64,000 nucleotides of DNA, taken from the NCBI GenBank assembly GCA_965652295.1, contig CBFGTS010000005.1, positions 64,001 through 128,000 of the forward strand, read 5' to 3'. The notes beneath the pieces were generated by a model, which was given only the letters and a program-made list of their open reading frames with translations, was not told the DNA's origin and did no database searches. A program made the position numbers and the translations under genes. This stretch comes from an uncultured Haloferula sp. (lineage in GTDB: Bacteria; Verrucomicrobiota; Verrucomicrobiia; Verrucomicrobiales; Akkermansiaceae). Shown here in pieces: positions 1-9,370 of the stretch (within the stretch, counting starts at the first letter, position 1; every line of letters starts with the position of its first letter).

Positions 1-1203
1 GGCGATGACCCTGCACCGCGCTTCTCGTTTCTTTCCGATACGCTCGATCCGGGCGAGGAGGAGCTTTTTACGTTGAACGCTTGGGGCCGATCGACGTTCC
101 ACGTGGAACAATCGCCCTGCTGGATCACTTACACTTCTCCTGCCACGCACGAGATCATCCGAGGGAATCTCGATCAGTCGCCGATGTACTGCGGAGTGAT
201 CGAAGGCGTCGGGCCGCGCTACTGCCCCTCGATCGAGGACAAGGTGGTCCGATTCGCGGAGAAGGAGCGTCATCAGGTGTTTCTGGAGCCCGAAGGCCGG
301 CACACGCACGAATACTACGTGAACGGTGTCTCCACCTCCTTGCCTTATGAGGTCCAGTTGGCCTTCTTGCGGACGATCCCGGGATTGGAACACTGCCAGA
401 TCCTGCGGCCCGGATATGCGGTGGAGTACGATTACTGCCCGCCTACCCAGCTTCACCCGACGCTGGAGACCAAGCGGGTGGAGGGGCTTTATTTCGCCGG
501 GCAGATCAACGGGACCTCCGGCTATGAGGAAGCGGCGGGCCAAGGACTGATCGCCGGAGCCAACGCCGCGCTTAAAGCTGCCGGAAAAGCGCCGTTCCTG
601 CTGCGACGGGATGAAGCTTATCTGGGCGTGATGATCGATGACCTTGTCACGAAAGGCTGCACGGAGCCATACCGGATGTTCACCAGCCGGGCGGAGTTCC
701 GTCTGCTGCTGCGCCAGGACAACTGCGACCTGCGACTCACCCCCCGTGCGGCGGAGGTCGGCCTCGCCTCAGGTGAAAGGGTGGAGAGGGGGGCGAAGAA
801 GCAGGCTGAACTTGACCGGGCCCTGGAATTCGGACGCACGGCAGTGCATCAAGGGGTGAAGCTCGATCACTGGTTCCGGCGGATGGAGAACCGTTGGGAA
901 GATCTGCCTCAGGAAATCCTCGGCGAGTTCCACGTGGAACATTGGCCGCTGATCGAGACGGAATTCAAGTATGAGGGCCACCTCCAGCGCCAGCAGGTGC
1001 AGGTGGAGCGGATGGCTCGCGCCGAGGACAAGCGGATCCCTGGAGCCTTGGATTATCAGGCCATTCCGGGTCTGAAAATCGAGGCGAAACAGCGCTTCTC
1101 GGAGATTCGCCCCGCCACTTTGGGCCAGGCCGGACGGATTCCGGGCATCACGCCTGCGGATGTCGCGGTGCTCGCGGTGTGGCTGGAAAAGGGGCGGCGT
1201 TGA
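1..1203 (+). CDS. mnmG: tRNA uridine-5-carboxymethylaminomethyl(34) synthesis enzyme MnmG/GidA (5'-truncated by window edge)
   Basis: Frame is open from base 1. Motifs [49 protein letters not shown] and RIPGITPAD are present. Confidence 0.97.
   Translation, partial: GDDPAPRFSFLSDTLDPGEEELFTLNAWGRSTFHVEQSPCWITYTSPATHEIIRGNLDQSPMYCGVIEGVGPRYCPSIEDKVVRFAEKERHQVFLEPEGRHTHEYYVNGVSTSLPYEVQLAFLRTIPGLEHCQILRPGYAVEYDYCPPTQLHPTLETKRVEGLYFAGQINGTSGYEEAAGQGLIAGANAALKAAGKAPFLLRRDEAYLGVMIDDLVTKGCTEPYRMFTSRAEFRLLLRQDNCDLRLTPRAAEVGLASGERVERGAKKQAELDRALEFGRTAVHQGVKLDHWFRRMENRWEDLPQEILGEFHVEHWPLIETEFKYEGHLQRQQVQVERMARAEDKRIPGALDYQAIPGLKIEAKQRFSEIRPATLGQAGRIPGITPADVAVLAVWLEKGRR
96..109. promoter_or_regulatory. 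parS-like ParB-binding palindrome GTTCCACGTGGAAC inside mnmG
   Basis: Perfect 14-bp palindrome matching the core of the bacterial parS consensus (TGTTNCACGTGNAACA). Confidence 0.85.
927..940. promoter_or_regulatory. second parS-like palindrome GTTCCACGTGGAAC inside mnmG
   Basis: Identical to the 14-mer at 96-109, and also followed by A. Confidence 0.85.
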
Positions 1204-1209
1204 GCCGGT

Positions 1210-1614
1210 TCAGGCGTTCATTCCCCACTCCTTCGGCAGCCTCACGGGCTTGCCTTCGGGCATTTGAACCAGTGCCAGCGCCTGTCGGGCGGTGACCAGC
1301 AGGGTGTCGTCGCTTTCCCGGCGCATCTCGAACTCGCACCAAAACCTGGCCCGCAGCACTTCACCGAGCGTGCCGCGGATGACCAGCCAGTCCCCGAGTC
1401 GGGCCGGTCGTCGGTAGTCGATCTCGGTCCGGGTCACGACCGGAAAGAGCCGGGTTTCGGCCATGGTCCTCAAGTCCATGCCGAGCTTCGCCGCCAGCCG
1501 GGTCCGGCAGGTTTCGATCATCCGCAGGTAGGCGATGTTGTGGACGACCTGACCGCAGTCGGTGTCGAAAAACATGACTTCTTCGCGGGTGACATATTCG
1601 ATGGGCGGGTTCAT
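1210..1614 (-). CDS. Acyl-CoA thioesterase, 4HBT/YbgC hot-dog family
   Basis: VMFFDTDCGQVVHNIAYL and EIDYRRPARLGD motifs. Start set at ATG 1614 (134 aa) rather than the longer ORF-track start. Confidence 0.88.
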   Translation of the reverse strand: MNPPIEYVTREEVMFFDTDCGQVVHNIAYLRMIETCRTRLAAKLGMDLRTMAETRLFPVVTRTEIDYRRPARLGDWLVIRGTLGEVLRARFWCEFEMRRESDDTLLVTARQALALVQMPEGKPVRLPKEWGMNA

Positions 1615-1717
1615 GCCCAGATCCTCAGCACAGGGCGGGGGAGGGGCAATTTCCAATCCTGCGGCCGGATGCAAAGGCGGCTTGCCGCGGCACGTATCGC
1701 TTCGCAGCATGAGGGCC

Positions 1718-3409
1718 ATGAGGGGTTTTGCGATCTGGCTGGCGACCGCCTTGGCGGTCCATGCCGGATTCGTGCCGCCGGATGAAGGCCGCGCTCCGTT
1801 CCGACGTGAGGCTCTTCCGGTGGACTCCACCACCCTGGGTCTCTTGTCCACCGAACTCGTGGCGCAGTTGCCTTCGGAGAACGAAGGACCGTCCACTCTT
1901 CGACGGGCGGCGCAGATCCTCGGGCTCGCGCTGGCTCTCGATCCCGGCAACCGGCTGGCGCGCGATTGGATCACAAAGCTGGGCGACGGTGAGGAGCTTC
2001 CCACCGGGGATCCACCGGGCTTTTCCGCCCGGGGAGTCGAGGCCGCCCAATGGCTGGCAAGTCCGGAGGCCGGCGAGCAGGCCGCGGTTTTCATCGGCTA
2101 CCTGCACGATGTGTTGAGGGACGAAGCAGGCACCGAGGAAGCGGACTGGACCGGTTGGGTGGCTGCCACGAATGCATTCGAGGATCCGCCGGACGCGGAG
2201 GAGGAGATCGGCCCTCCCGAGGAAAAGTCTCAGGCTCCCACGGGGCCCGTGCCGAAGTTGGCCCGGATTGGCATCCGTGTGCCGGTTCAGTGGGGTGGCG
2301 ATCACGGAGTCACCCTTCTGACGCTCAACCTGCACGCTTACGCTGCTCCGGAGGGGGAGCCATCGCCGGTTCTCCTGAAAATCCCCGCGATGATCCAAAA
2401 GAAGCCCGGTCCTTTGCAGGCTCAGGCCCGCCAGTGGATCGACGGGCATTTCGGAAAGACCGGGAAGCCGCCGGTGAGGTTCGATTATTCCGTGGCGGAA
2501 GCGACGACCTTGCAGCCGAGGTCGACGGCAGCCGTGCCCGCGGCCGCCCTTCTGTTGGCGCACGCGGCCTTCGCCGGTCATGAAATCGAAGCTGCGGACG
2601 CGGTGGTTCTGGCTGCGGTGGCTGCGGATGGTAGCCTCACCACGCCACCTCTTTTCTGGGACATCCTTCGTGGCTTGCCCGATGGCGGAGGAGCTCGGCT
2701 GATCGTTCCGGCGGCTGCGGCGGAGATGCTGCCGGCGATGTTGACGCTCGATCGATCGGAGTTTTTCCTTGAGCATCAAGTCCTTACAGCCAACTCCTTG
2801 GAGGAGGCGGTCGCGCTCGCCGGGGGACAAGAGGTTCCAGGCCTGGCGGAGGCGGAGACGCTCTTCCACGACGTCAGGGAAGGGAAGGGAACGAGGTCGG
2901 CCGGCAGCTACTTCGCCCTGAACGCGACTCGCCAGAAGCTGCTGCGTGCGGCTTCGCTCCATCCCGCGCATGCCTCGGCCCGACTCCTGGCCCTACGAGG
3001 CACTTCCCAGTGGCCTCGCCGACTCTCGCGGGAAATGTACGCCCGGGAGATCCGGGCGGCGGTGATGTCATTGGAGAGTGCGCTATCCGCGGTATGGACG
3101 GACGAGGATTTCGACCTCCGCAGCCTTCTCGAAGCCGACGCGCGTTGCCGCGAGAAACTCGCTGTCATTGAGAACCTCTGCGAGTCCGTGGAGTACCGCG
3201 ACGAGCTCCACAACCTCGCCTTCAACACGTCGAAGTCTCTGGGAACTCTCGCCGGGCAGATCCGGCGGAACGAGAGAGACTCCGTCTACGCAGGGGGGAG
3301 CGCCTCCCAGTTCGCGCGTCCCGTCTACCGGGCTTTCCGGGAGGCGGTCATCACCCTCACGGCTGCCGCCGGCGACGGGGACGATTTTCCGTTGCCTCAG
3401 AAACGTTGA
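1718..3409 (+). CDS. Exported protein with a degenerate Lon (S16) C-terminal protease-like domain
   Basis: Signal-peptide-like N-terminus MRGFAIWLATALAVHA. The central segment AAALLLAHAAFAG..DAVVLAAVAADGSL..RLIVP..NSLEEAVALA resembles Lon_C. Confidence 0.6.
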   Translation: MRGFAIWLATALAVHAGFVPPDEGRAPFRREALPVDSTTLGLLSTELVAQLPSENEGPSTLRRAAQILGLALALDPGNRLARDWITKLGDGEELPTGDPPGFSARGVEAAQWLASPEAGEQAAVFIGYLHDVLRDEAGTEEADWTGWVAATNAFEDPPDAEEEIGPPEEKSQAPTGPVPKLARIGIRVPVQWGGDHGVTLLTLNLHAYAAPEGEPSPVLLKIPAMIQKKPGPLQAQARQWIDGHFGKTGKPPVRFDYSVAEATTLQPRSTAAVPAAALLLAHAAFAGHEIEAADAVVLAAVAADGSLTTPPLFWDILRGLPDGGGARLIVPAAAAEMLPAMLTLDRSEFFLEHQVLTANSLEEAVALAGGQEVPGLAEAETLFHDVREGKGTRSAGSYFALNATRQKLLRAASLHPAHASARLLALRGTSQWPRRLSREMYAREIRAAVMSLESALSAVWTDEDFDLRSLLEADARCREKLAVIENLCESVEYRDELHNLAFNTSKSLGTLAGQIRRNERDSVYAGGSASQFARPVYRAFREAVITLTAAAGDGDDFPLPQKR

Positions 3410-3411
3410 TC

Positions 3412-3427
3412 GTCCGGAATTCCGGAC
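3412..3427. promoter_or_regulatory. 16-bp perfect palindrome upstream of the htrA-like gene (candidate operator)
   Basis: GTCCGGAATTCCGGAC with no loop, 12 nt upstream of a TTGCAA -35-like hexamer at 3440. Confidence 0.4.
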
Positions 3428-3493
3428 TTCAGGATTTCCTTGCAATCGCGGGGCTGCCAGCGCCCATTCGAGACCTCACCCCACCCCTCTGAC

Positions 3494-4957
3494 ATGAACC
3501 GCGGATTCCGAAGCTTCCTGGTGCTGATCGGTGTGTTTCTCGGCACCTTTGCGGCGGTGTTCCTGATCCGCAATGGCCCGGCCGGGCTGAAGCAATTCTT
3601 TGGAGCCGGCGAGAACCGCAATGGCTATCGCCCGGAGACCTACACGCTGCCGGAAGCCGCCCCATTGGATCTGGGGGATGTCGAGCTGCTCAACCGGCTT
3701 AACGAGGAATACGCCAAACTGACCGACGCGGTGGTGAAATCCGTGGTGAGCATCGATACCAGCGGCGTGCGCGCCGAGCGGCTGCTGGATGGCTTCGGCC
3801 GCCAGCTCATCCGCCCGGTCCCGACTCAGGGGCAGGGCTCCGGAGTGATCGTCACCCACGAAGGCCATATCGTGACCAACCATCACGTTATCAAGGACCA
3901 ACAGCAGATCGAGGTGACCCTTCACAATGGCGACAAGCACAACGCGGTGCTGGTCGGCGACGACCCGCTGCTCGATATCGCCGTTTTGAAAATCGAAGGC
4001 GAGGGTGATTTCAAACCGCTCAAGCTGGGCGATTCGGCCACCGTGCGTCGCGGGCAGATCGTCTTTGCCGTCGGCAACCCCTTCGGCTTGGGCGAGACCA
4101 TCACCCAAGGGATCATCTCCGCGGTGGAACGCTCCGTTTCCGATACCCAGCGCGACCTTTTTCAAACCGACGCGGCCATCAACCCCGGGAACTCCGGCGG
4201 GCCTCTGGTCAACCTGCGTGGCGAGGTCATCGGCATCAACTCGGCCATCTACCGCCCTGACGAACGGGTCAACTCGGGCTTCCAGGGCGTCGGTTTTTCC
4301 ATCCCTTCGAATGAAGTCATGACCGCACTCGAAACGATCCTCGAGCGCGGCAGGCCGATCCGCGGATACCTCGGGGTGCGGATGAAGGATCTCGACCCCT
4401 ATGTCCGCCGCCAGCTCGGGTATCGGGAAACAGGAGCCATGATCGAATCGGTCGGGCCCGGTTCGCCGGCGGAGCTTGCCGGGCTCCAGCCACTGGACGT
4501 GGTCCGGGTCTACGATGGCAAAAGGGTGGAAAGCGTCACGGCTCTGCTCAACATGGTCCAACGCTCGAAGGTCGGCGCGAAGGTACCCCTCGAAATCTGG
4601 CGCGCGGGCGAGATTCTCGAGCTCCAGGTGACCATTGCCGAGGCCGGCACCCAGGCCGCGGTGGCCCAGACCCGGAACCTCGACGAGATCTTCGAAAAAG
4701 TCGGAATCACCCTCGGGCCGGAACGGTCGGATCGGCCGGGCATTGAAATTGCTGCCGTCGCTCCCGGTTCGCTGGCCGAGGGCCACCTGCAGGCCGGCGA
4801 CCGGATTGTCGCCTTGAATGGTTTCGCCGTCCGTTCCGCCGTCGATTTCCGCCGCCAGCTTGCGGCCTCCGTCGCGGCGCAGCCGACGGCCCTCCAGATC
4901 GTGCGAGGCAACGTTTCCGGCCGCGTCACCCTTCCGCCGCTGAATACCTCGCGATAA
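3494..4957 (+). CDS. HtrA/DegP-family serine protease with two PDZ domains
   Basis: N-terminal TM anchor, GSGVIV, TNHHV, DIAVLK and QTDAAINPGNSGGPL motifs; two PDZ-like segments. Confidence 0.95.
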   Translation: MNRGFRSFLVLIGVFLGTFAAVFLIRNGPAGLKQFFGAGENRNGYRPETYTLPEAAPLDLGDVELLNRLNEEYAKLTDAVVKSVVSIDTSGVRAERLLDGFGRQLIRPVPTQGQGSGVIVTHEGHIVTNHHVIKDQQQIEVTLHNGDKHNAVLVGDDPLLDIAVLKIEGEGDFKPLKLGDSATVRRGQIVFAVGNPFGLGETITQGIISAVERSVSDTQRDLFQTDAAINPGNSGGPLVNLRGEVIGINSAIYRPDERVNSGFQGVGFSIPSNEVMTALETILERGRPIRGYLGVRMKDLDPYVRRQLGYRETGAMIESVGPGSPAELAGLQPLDVVRVYDGKRVESVTALLNMVQRSKVGAKVPLEIWRAGEILELQVTIAEAGTQAAVAQTRNLDEIFEKVGITLGPERSDRPGIEIAAVAPGSLAEGHLQAGDRIVALNGFAVRSAVDFRRQLAASVAAQPTALQIVRGNVSGRVTLPPLNTSR

Positions 4958-5017
4958 ACTTCCCGCCCCTTACGCGTTTCCTTTCGCGGAAGCCGACTTC
5001 CAACTCGTCAACCAACC

Positions 5018-6343
5018 ATGCGCCAGCAAGCACCGATTCTCATCTTCGCACTCATCCTCGGCGCTCTTGCCAGCTTTCTCTTCCTCCACCGCTGCTCCGG
5101 TCCCCGTCCGCCCCTCGAGCCTTCCGTGATGCCGACAGTGGAGGAAAAGCCCACCGTCCCGGAAGAGCCGGCTCCTCCGGCGATCCCCGAGATGCAGGAG
5201 AACGAAGTCGATGCCGCCACCGCCTCGCTCCCCGAGGAAGCCGGGCCGGGGAAACTCAGCCGGAATCCGGGCCGCTTGATTCAGGAAATCGGTAGCGCGC
5301 TTGAGGCCGGGGACCTTGAGACCGTCGGCAAGCTGATCGGCAGTGCCGCGCTCACGCCGGAAGTCCGTGAACGGCTTACCGCCCTCGCCGCCGCCGGTGC
5401 GCTGAAGTTGAAGCAACCGGACGCCGCCCATGAAATCGGCGAGATGGAGGTAAACGCCCGCTCCCGTTGGTCGCTCCAGCTTGAAGGTGCCGAGGCGGGC
5501 CGCGACCGGATCATCTTCGATCTCGTCCGCGAAAGTGCCGGGTGGAAAGTCTCCCGGCTCACGCTTCCCCCCGCCGAAGGCGAACCGGTGCCGAAAGCCG
5601 TGGTCCTCGATCCGCTCGGCATCACCGACGCCTTCCTCCAGGCGACGCTCCGCCAGGATTTCGAACTCGCGAAAGAATTCGTCGATACCACCGCCGTGTC
5701 CGATGCCAAGATCGCCGGCCTATGCATCCTGTTTGAAGAAGGAGACTATCGGCTCAGGCCCGAAAAACCGTTGCGGGGGATATTCGAACGCGAGGACGCC
5801 GCCGGATTCCTCGCCCACGTGCTCGCCGGAGACAGCGATGCCCTGGCCCAGTTCTCCGTTACCCTCGGCAAATCTCCCGAGGACGGCTGGCAGCTCACCG
5901 AGATCAACCTCGACGAACTCCTTGCCGACTACGCTGCGCGCTTTGCCGGAGGCGACGTCTACTACACCCCGCTGCTCAAGAATCCCAAGGGGGGCGACAC
6001 CTTGGTGCTCTACTTCGATTTTGATGCCGATACGCTCTCGCTCCGCACCGAGCGCCAGCTCGAGATCGTCGCCGACATCCTGCGCCTCGATCCCGGGAAA
6101 AAGCTCACCATCTCCGGTCACACCGACGCCCTGGGCAGCGAGGGATACAACGAGGCGCTCTCCGCCCGCCGAGCCGCTGCGGTGAAGGAACTCCTCGTCC
6201 GCAACGGCGTGGCCGAGGAACAGATCGTGACCCTCGCCAAGGGCCAGAGCCAGCCGCGCCGCCCGAATTTCACCGAATCCGGCGATGACAATCCTTCCGG
6301 CCGCCGTGCCAACCGCCGATCGGAGATCTATCTCGATTTCTGA
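5018..6343 (+). CDS. OmpA-family peptidoglycan-binding protein
   Basis: C-terminal YFDFD..SGHTDALGSEGYNEALSARRA..GRRANRRSEI; N-terminal hydrophobic anchor. Confidence 0.92.
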   Translation: MRQQAPILIFALILGALASFLFLHRCSGPRPPLEPSVMPTVEEKPTVPEEPAPPAIPEMQENEVDAATASLPEEAGPGKLSRNPGRLIQEIGSALEAGDLETVGKLIGSAALTPEVRERLTALAAAGALKLKQPDAAHEIGEMEVNARSRWSLQLEGAEAGRDRIIFDLVRESAGWKVSRLTLPPAEGEPVPKAVVLDPLGITDAFLQATLRQDFELAKEFVDTTAVSDAKIAGLCILFEEGDYRLRPEKPLRGIFEREDAAGFLAHVLAGDSDALAQFSVTLGKSPEDGWQLTEINLDELLADYAARFAGGDVYYTPLLKNPKGGDTLVLYFDFDADTLSLRTERQLEIVADILRLDPGKKLTISGHTDALGSEGYNEALSARRAAAVKELLVRNGVAEEQIVTLAKGQSQPRRPNFTESGDDNPSGRRANRRSEIYLDF

Positions 6344-6366
6344 ACTACGTCACTTGTAGTATTTCC

Positions 6367-7191
6367 ATGACCCCTCCTCGCGTCCATCCCGTCACCATCG
6401 CGCTCGTGCTCCTGGCGGCCTGCCTGCTTGGATGGGTTCTCCTGCGCGAGCCTGTCGCCCGGCTGCCGCAGGTCGAGTCGTTGGCGAATTTCCAGACGGC
6501 CGACGCCCCGCTTTTCCTGCCGGACGATGGCAACCCGAGGCACCGTCTCCACCTGCTTTCCGCCTGGGACCTCGCGGCACTTCCCCGTGCCGCTCGCTTC
6601 GACGCCCCCATGGGAGCGGCCAATGGAGCGCTGACCTACAACGCCCAGAAATTCTGGGAAATGAACGACGCCCGCGGCGGCCACCACACCGGCGACGATC
6701 TCAACGGCATCGGCGGCATGAATACCGATCTGGGAGACCCTGTCACCGCCGCCGCGGACGGGGTGGTCGTCTACGCTGGCGAGCCTTCGCCCGGATGGGG
6801 GAACACCGTCGTCCTCGCCCACCGTGTCGGGGACGGCCGCGTGCTCCAGACCATGTACGCCCACATGCACGAGATGGACGTCGCGCTCGGAGCCTTGGTG
6901 GCCCGGGGCGAGCGGGTCGGCAGCGTCGGCACCTCCAACGGCTACTATCCCGCCCATCTGCATTTCGAAATCCGGGAGAGCGACGGCGTGGACATCGGTG
7001 CCGGCTACAGCATGCAGCCGCTCAACCGCCTCAATCCCGAGGCCACCGTCGCCGCCCTCCGCGGTGCGCCGGAAGACCGCCCCGCGCCCTCGCCGCTGCC
7101 TCTCGCGCTTCATCGCGATCAGCCATGGAACCGCATGGAACTCTCGCCGGAGGACGCTGCGCGTCTCGGTGAGATCATGCAGGAGAGGTAG
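6367..7191 (+). CDS. M23-family metallopeptidase
   Basis: HTGDD and AHLHFEIR zinc motifs, plus YAHM. Confidence 0.93.
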   Translation: MTPPRVHPVTIALVLLAACLLGWVLLREPVARLPQVESLANFQTADAPLFLPDDGNPRHRLHLLSAWDLAALPRAARFDAPMGAANGALTYNAQKFWEMNDARGGHHTGDDLNGIGGMNTDLGDPVTAAADGVVVYAGEPSPGWGNTVVLAHRVGDGRVLQTMYAHMHEMDVALGALVARGERVGSVGTSNGYYPAHLHFEIRESDGVDIGAGYSMQPLNRLNPEATVAALRGAPEDRPAPSPLPLALHRDQPWNRMELSPEDAARLGEIMQER

Positions 7192-7500
7192 AATCGGCCG
7201 CCAAAAAAAGTGCTGCCAGGGAACCGCGGCAAATCCGGACAAACTACCGTTGCTCCGATCAAGGCCTGGCGGGGTTCGCCTGCCGAACCTCCACGGCCCC
7301 TGACAGCAGGCGCAGTCAACATGCGTGCCTGCCGGCGTGCAACGGCTTTTTCGGCCTCTGGTTTCCTCCGGCGGGCGTCTGGAAAAGATCTCGCGGATTG
7401 GCGGAACACCCATCGGGGATGGCGAAATCATGATTCCGGGCAGAGTCCTCGTGTTCAGCGGGCTCCGGTCCCTTCGCATCAACCCATCAAAACCCCGATC

Positions 7501-8274
7501 ATGATGAATCCCACGATCCGCACCTCATCCCTCGCCGCCTTCTGCGCCGCTTGTGGCATGGTTTCCGCCGGTACCCTCGTCCCCGACTTGAGCGACGGCT
7601 CCGCCATTTATTCCACAACCGTCCGCGGTTCCACCGGTGTTGACGTTTACCCGGCTCCGGTGCTCGCCAACGGAATGACCCTGGCAGCCCGGTTCACCCC
7701 CTCCGCCGCCGACATCACCAACAGCGCCTCCGGTGCCGTGGCGATCCTTGAAACCGGTGGCACCACCAGCGGCACCGGTCTCTGGCTCATCAACGGCAAC
7801 GTGTGGTTTCTCAGCAGCTCGGGAAACCAGAACGCGTTTCCCACCGGCCCCAGCGACCTCGATGGCAGCAACAACGCGATCGGCGTCCAGCTCGGAACCG
7901 TGGCCGCCGGAGTCCAGACCGACATCTTCGCCTCTTTCGACACGGCCAACGCGACGATCCTCGTCGGCCAGAACGGTTCCTACAGTGATTTCACACTCAC
8001 CGGCGTGACCGGCGGCTGGAACTGGACGGGCAATGATACGGTGAGCTTTGGAGACCTGGCATTGGACCAGCCCAGCGCGGGTATTTTCGGTTTCCGCGGC
8101 GGTCTCACCGACAACAACACCGCAGGCTTGTTCTACACCAACAGCGCGATCGCCCTGGACGGCACCGTGTCCCTCGGCCAGGTGTTCAACGCGGTCTCCA
8201 CCGTGCCGGAGCCGACCTCCGGTCTGCTGGCGCTCGGTGCCTTGGCGGCCACCGCCATTCGCCGCCGCCGCTGA
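7501..8274 (+). CDS. PEP-CTERM surface protein (possible ConA/LamG-like beta-sandwich)
   Basis: Signal peptide; C-terminal VPEPTSGLLALGALAATAIRRRR. Confidence 0.9.
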   Translation: MMNPTIRTSSLAAFCAACGMVSAGTLVPDLSDGSAIYSTTVRGSTGVDVYPAPVLANGMTLAARFTPSAADITNSASGAVAILETGGTTSGTGLWLINGNVWFLSSSGNQNAFPTGPSDLDGSNNAIGVQLGTVAAGVQTDIFASFDTANATILVGQNGSYSDFTLTGVTGGWNWTGNDTVSFGDLALDQPSAGIFGFRGGLTDNNTAGLFYTNSAIALDGTVSLGQVFNAVSTVPEPTSGLLALGALAATAIRRRR

Positions 8275-8283
8275 TTCCCTGGT

Positions 8284-9276
8284 TCAGAGCACCAGCATGC
8301 AGTCGCCATAGCTGTAGAAACGGTAGCGCTCGCGCACCGCTTCCCGGTAGGCCTTCAACACCAATTCCCGCCCGGCGAGTGCGCTGACCAGCATGATCAG
8401 CGTGCTTTCCGGCAGGTGGAAATTCGTCAGCAGGGCGTCCACCACGCGGAACTCGTAAGGGGGATAGATGAAGATGTCCGTCTCGCCCCGCTGCTCGGAT
8501 TCCGGAATTTTCGGAACCGCGTCGGAGCGCCCGAGGTGCTCGAGCACGCGGGTGACGGTCGTGCCCACGGCGACCACCCGGCCGGCGCGGTTGATACGAC
8601 CTGCCGCCTCCTTGGACAGAACGTATCGCTCCGAGTGCATCACGTGTTCCTCCGGCCGCTCCGCGCTCACGGGTCGAAAGGTGCCGACGCCGACGTGCAG
8701 GGTCAGGAACGTATGATCAAAACCGGCCAGCATTTCCGGTGTGAAATGCAGCCCCGCCGTGGGTGCGGCGATCGCCCCTTCCTCCCGAGCATAGACGGTT
8801 TGGTAGCGTTCACGGTCCGATGGCTCGTCGTCGCGTCCCATGTAGTGCGGTAGCGCCAGGTGCCCGTGTTGGTCCAGATCGATCCCGCCTTCCCAGCGGA
8901 TCAGGCGATCGCCGTTCTCGAAGGTTTCTACGACAGTTCCCGTAATTCCGCCGACCGTCAGCGTGCGGCCCGGTCTCATCTTCTTCCCCGGGCGCACCAG
9001 GCACCGCCACTCGGTGGGCGAGGGACGGTCGAGACACAGCAGCTCGATTTTTCCGTCGTCGGAGAACACCCGTGCGGGGATCACCCGGGTGTCGTTGAGC
9101 ACCAGCAGGTCGTCGGGTGCCAGGTAGGCCGGGAGGTCGCGGAACATCCGGTGCTCGATGACGCCCGTGCCGCGGTGGATCACCATCATCCGCGAGCCGG
9201 AGCGATCTTCCAGCGGTCGCGAAGCGATCAGCTCCTCCGGCAGGTCGTAGTGGAAATCCTTTGTCGTCAGCCCCAT
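8284..9276 (-). CDS. queA: S-adenosylmethionine:tRNA ribosyltransferase-isomerase
   Basis: DFHYDLPEELIA, LNDTRVIPAR, AAPTAGLHFT, TLHVGVGTF, TNFHLPES and YRFYSYGD motifs. Confidence 0.97.
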   Translation of the reverse strand: MGLTTKDFHYDLPEELIASRPLEDRSGSRMMVIHRGTGVIEHRMFRDLPAYLAPDDLLVLNDTRVIPARVFSDDGKIELLCLDRPSPTEWRCLVRPGKKMRPGRTLTVGGITGTVVETFENGDRLIRWEGGIDLDQHGHLALPHYMGRDDEPSDRERYQTVYAREEGAIAAPTAGLHFTPEMLAGFDHTFLTLHVGVGTFRPVSAERPEEHVMHSERYVLSKEAAGRINRAGRVVAVGTTVTRVLEHLGRSDAVPKIPESEQRGETDIFIYPPYEFRVVDALLTNFHLPESTLIMLVSALAGRELVLKAYREAVRERYRFYSYGDCMLVL

Positions 9277-9370
9277 GCGCCTCGTCTACCCGCACCAGCA
9301 CCGCCTGCCAAGCGGAGGTGACAACGACCTCGCCCCTTGCACTCCGGGCGGGATGGCCTAGGAAACACCC

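Noticed and set aside
7192..7500. Sigma-54 promoter or riboswitch upstream of the PEP-CTERM gene
   Set aside because: No convincing GG-N10-GC consensus or known aptamer recognisable by eye.
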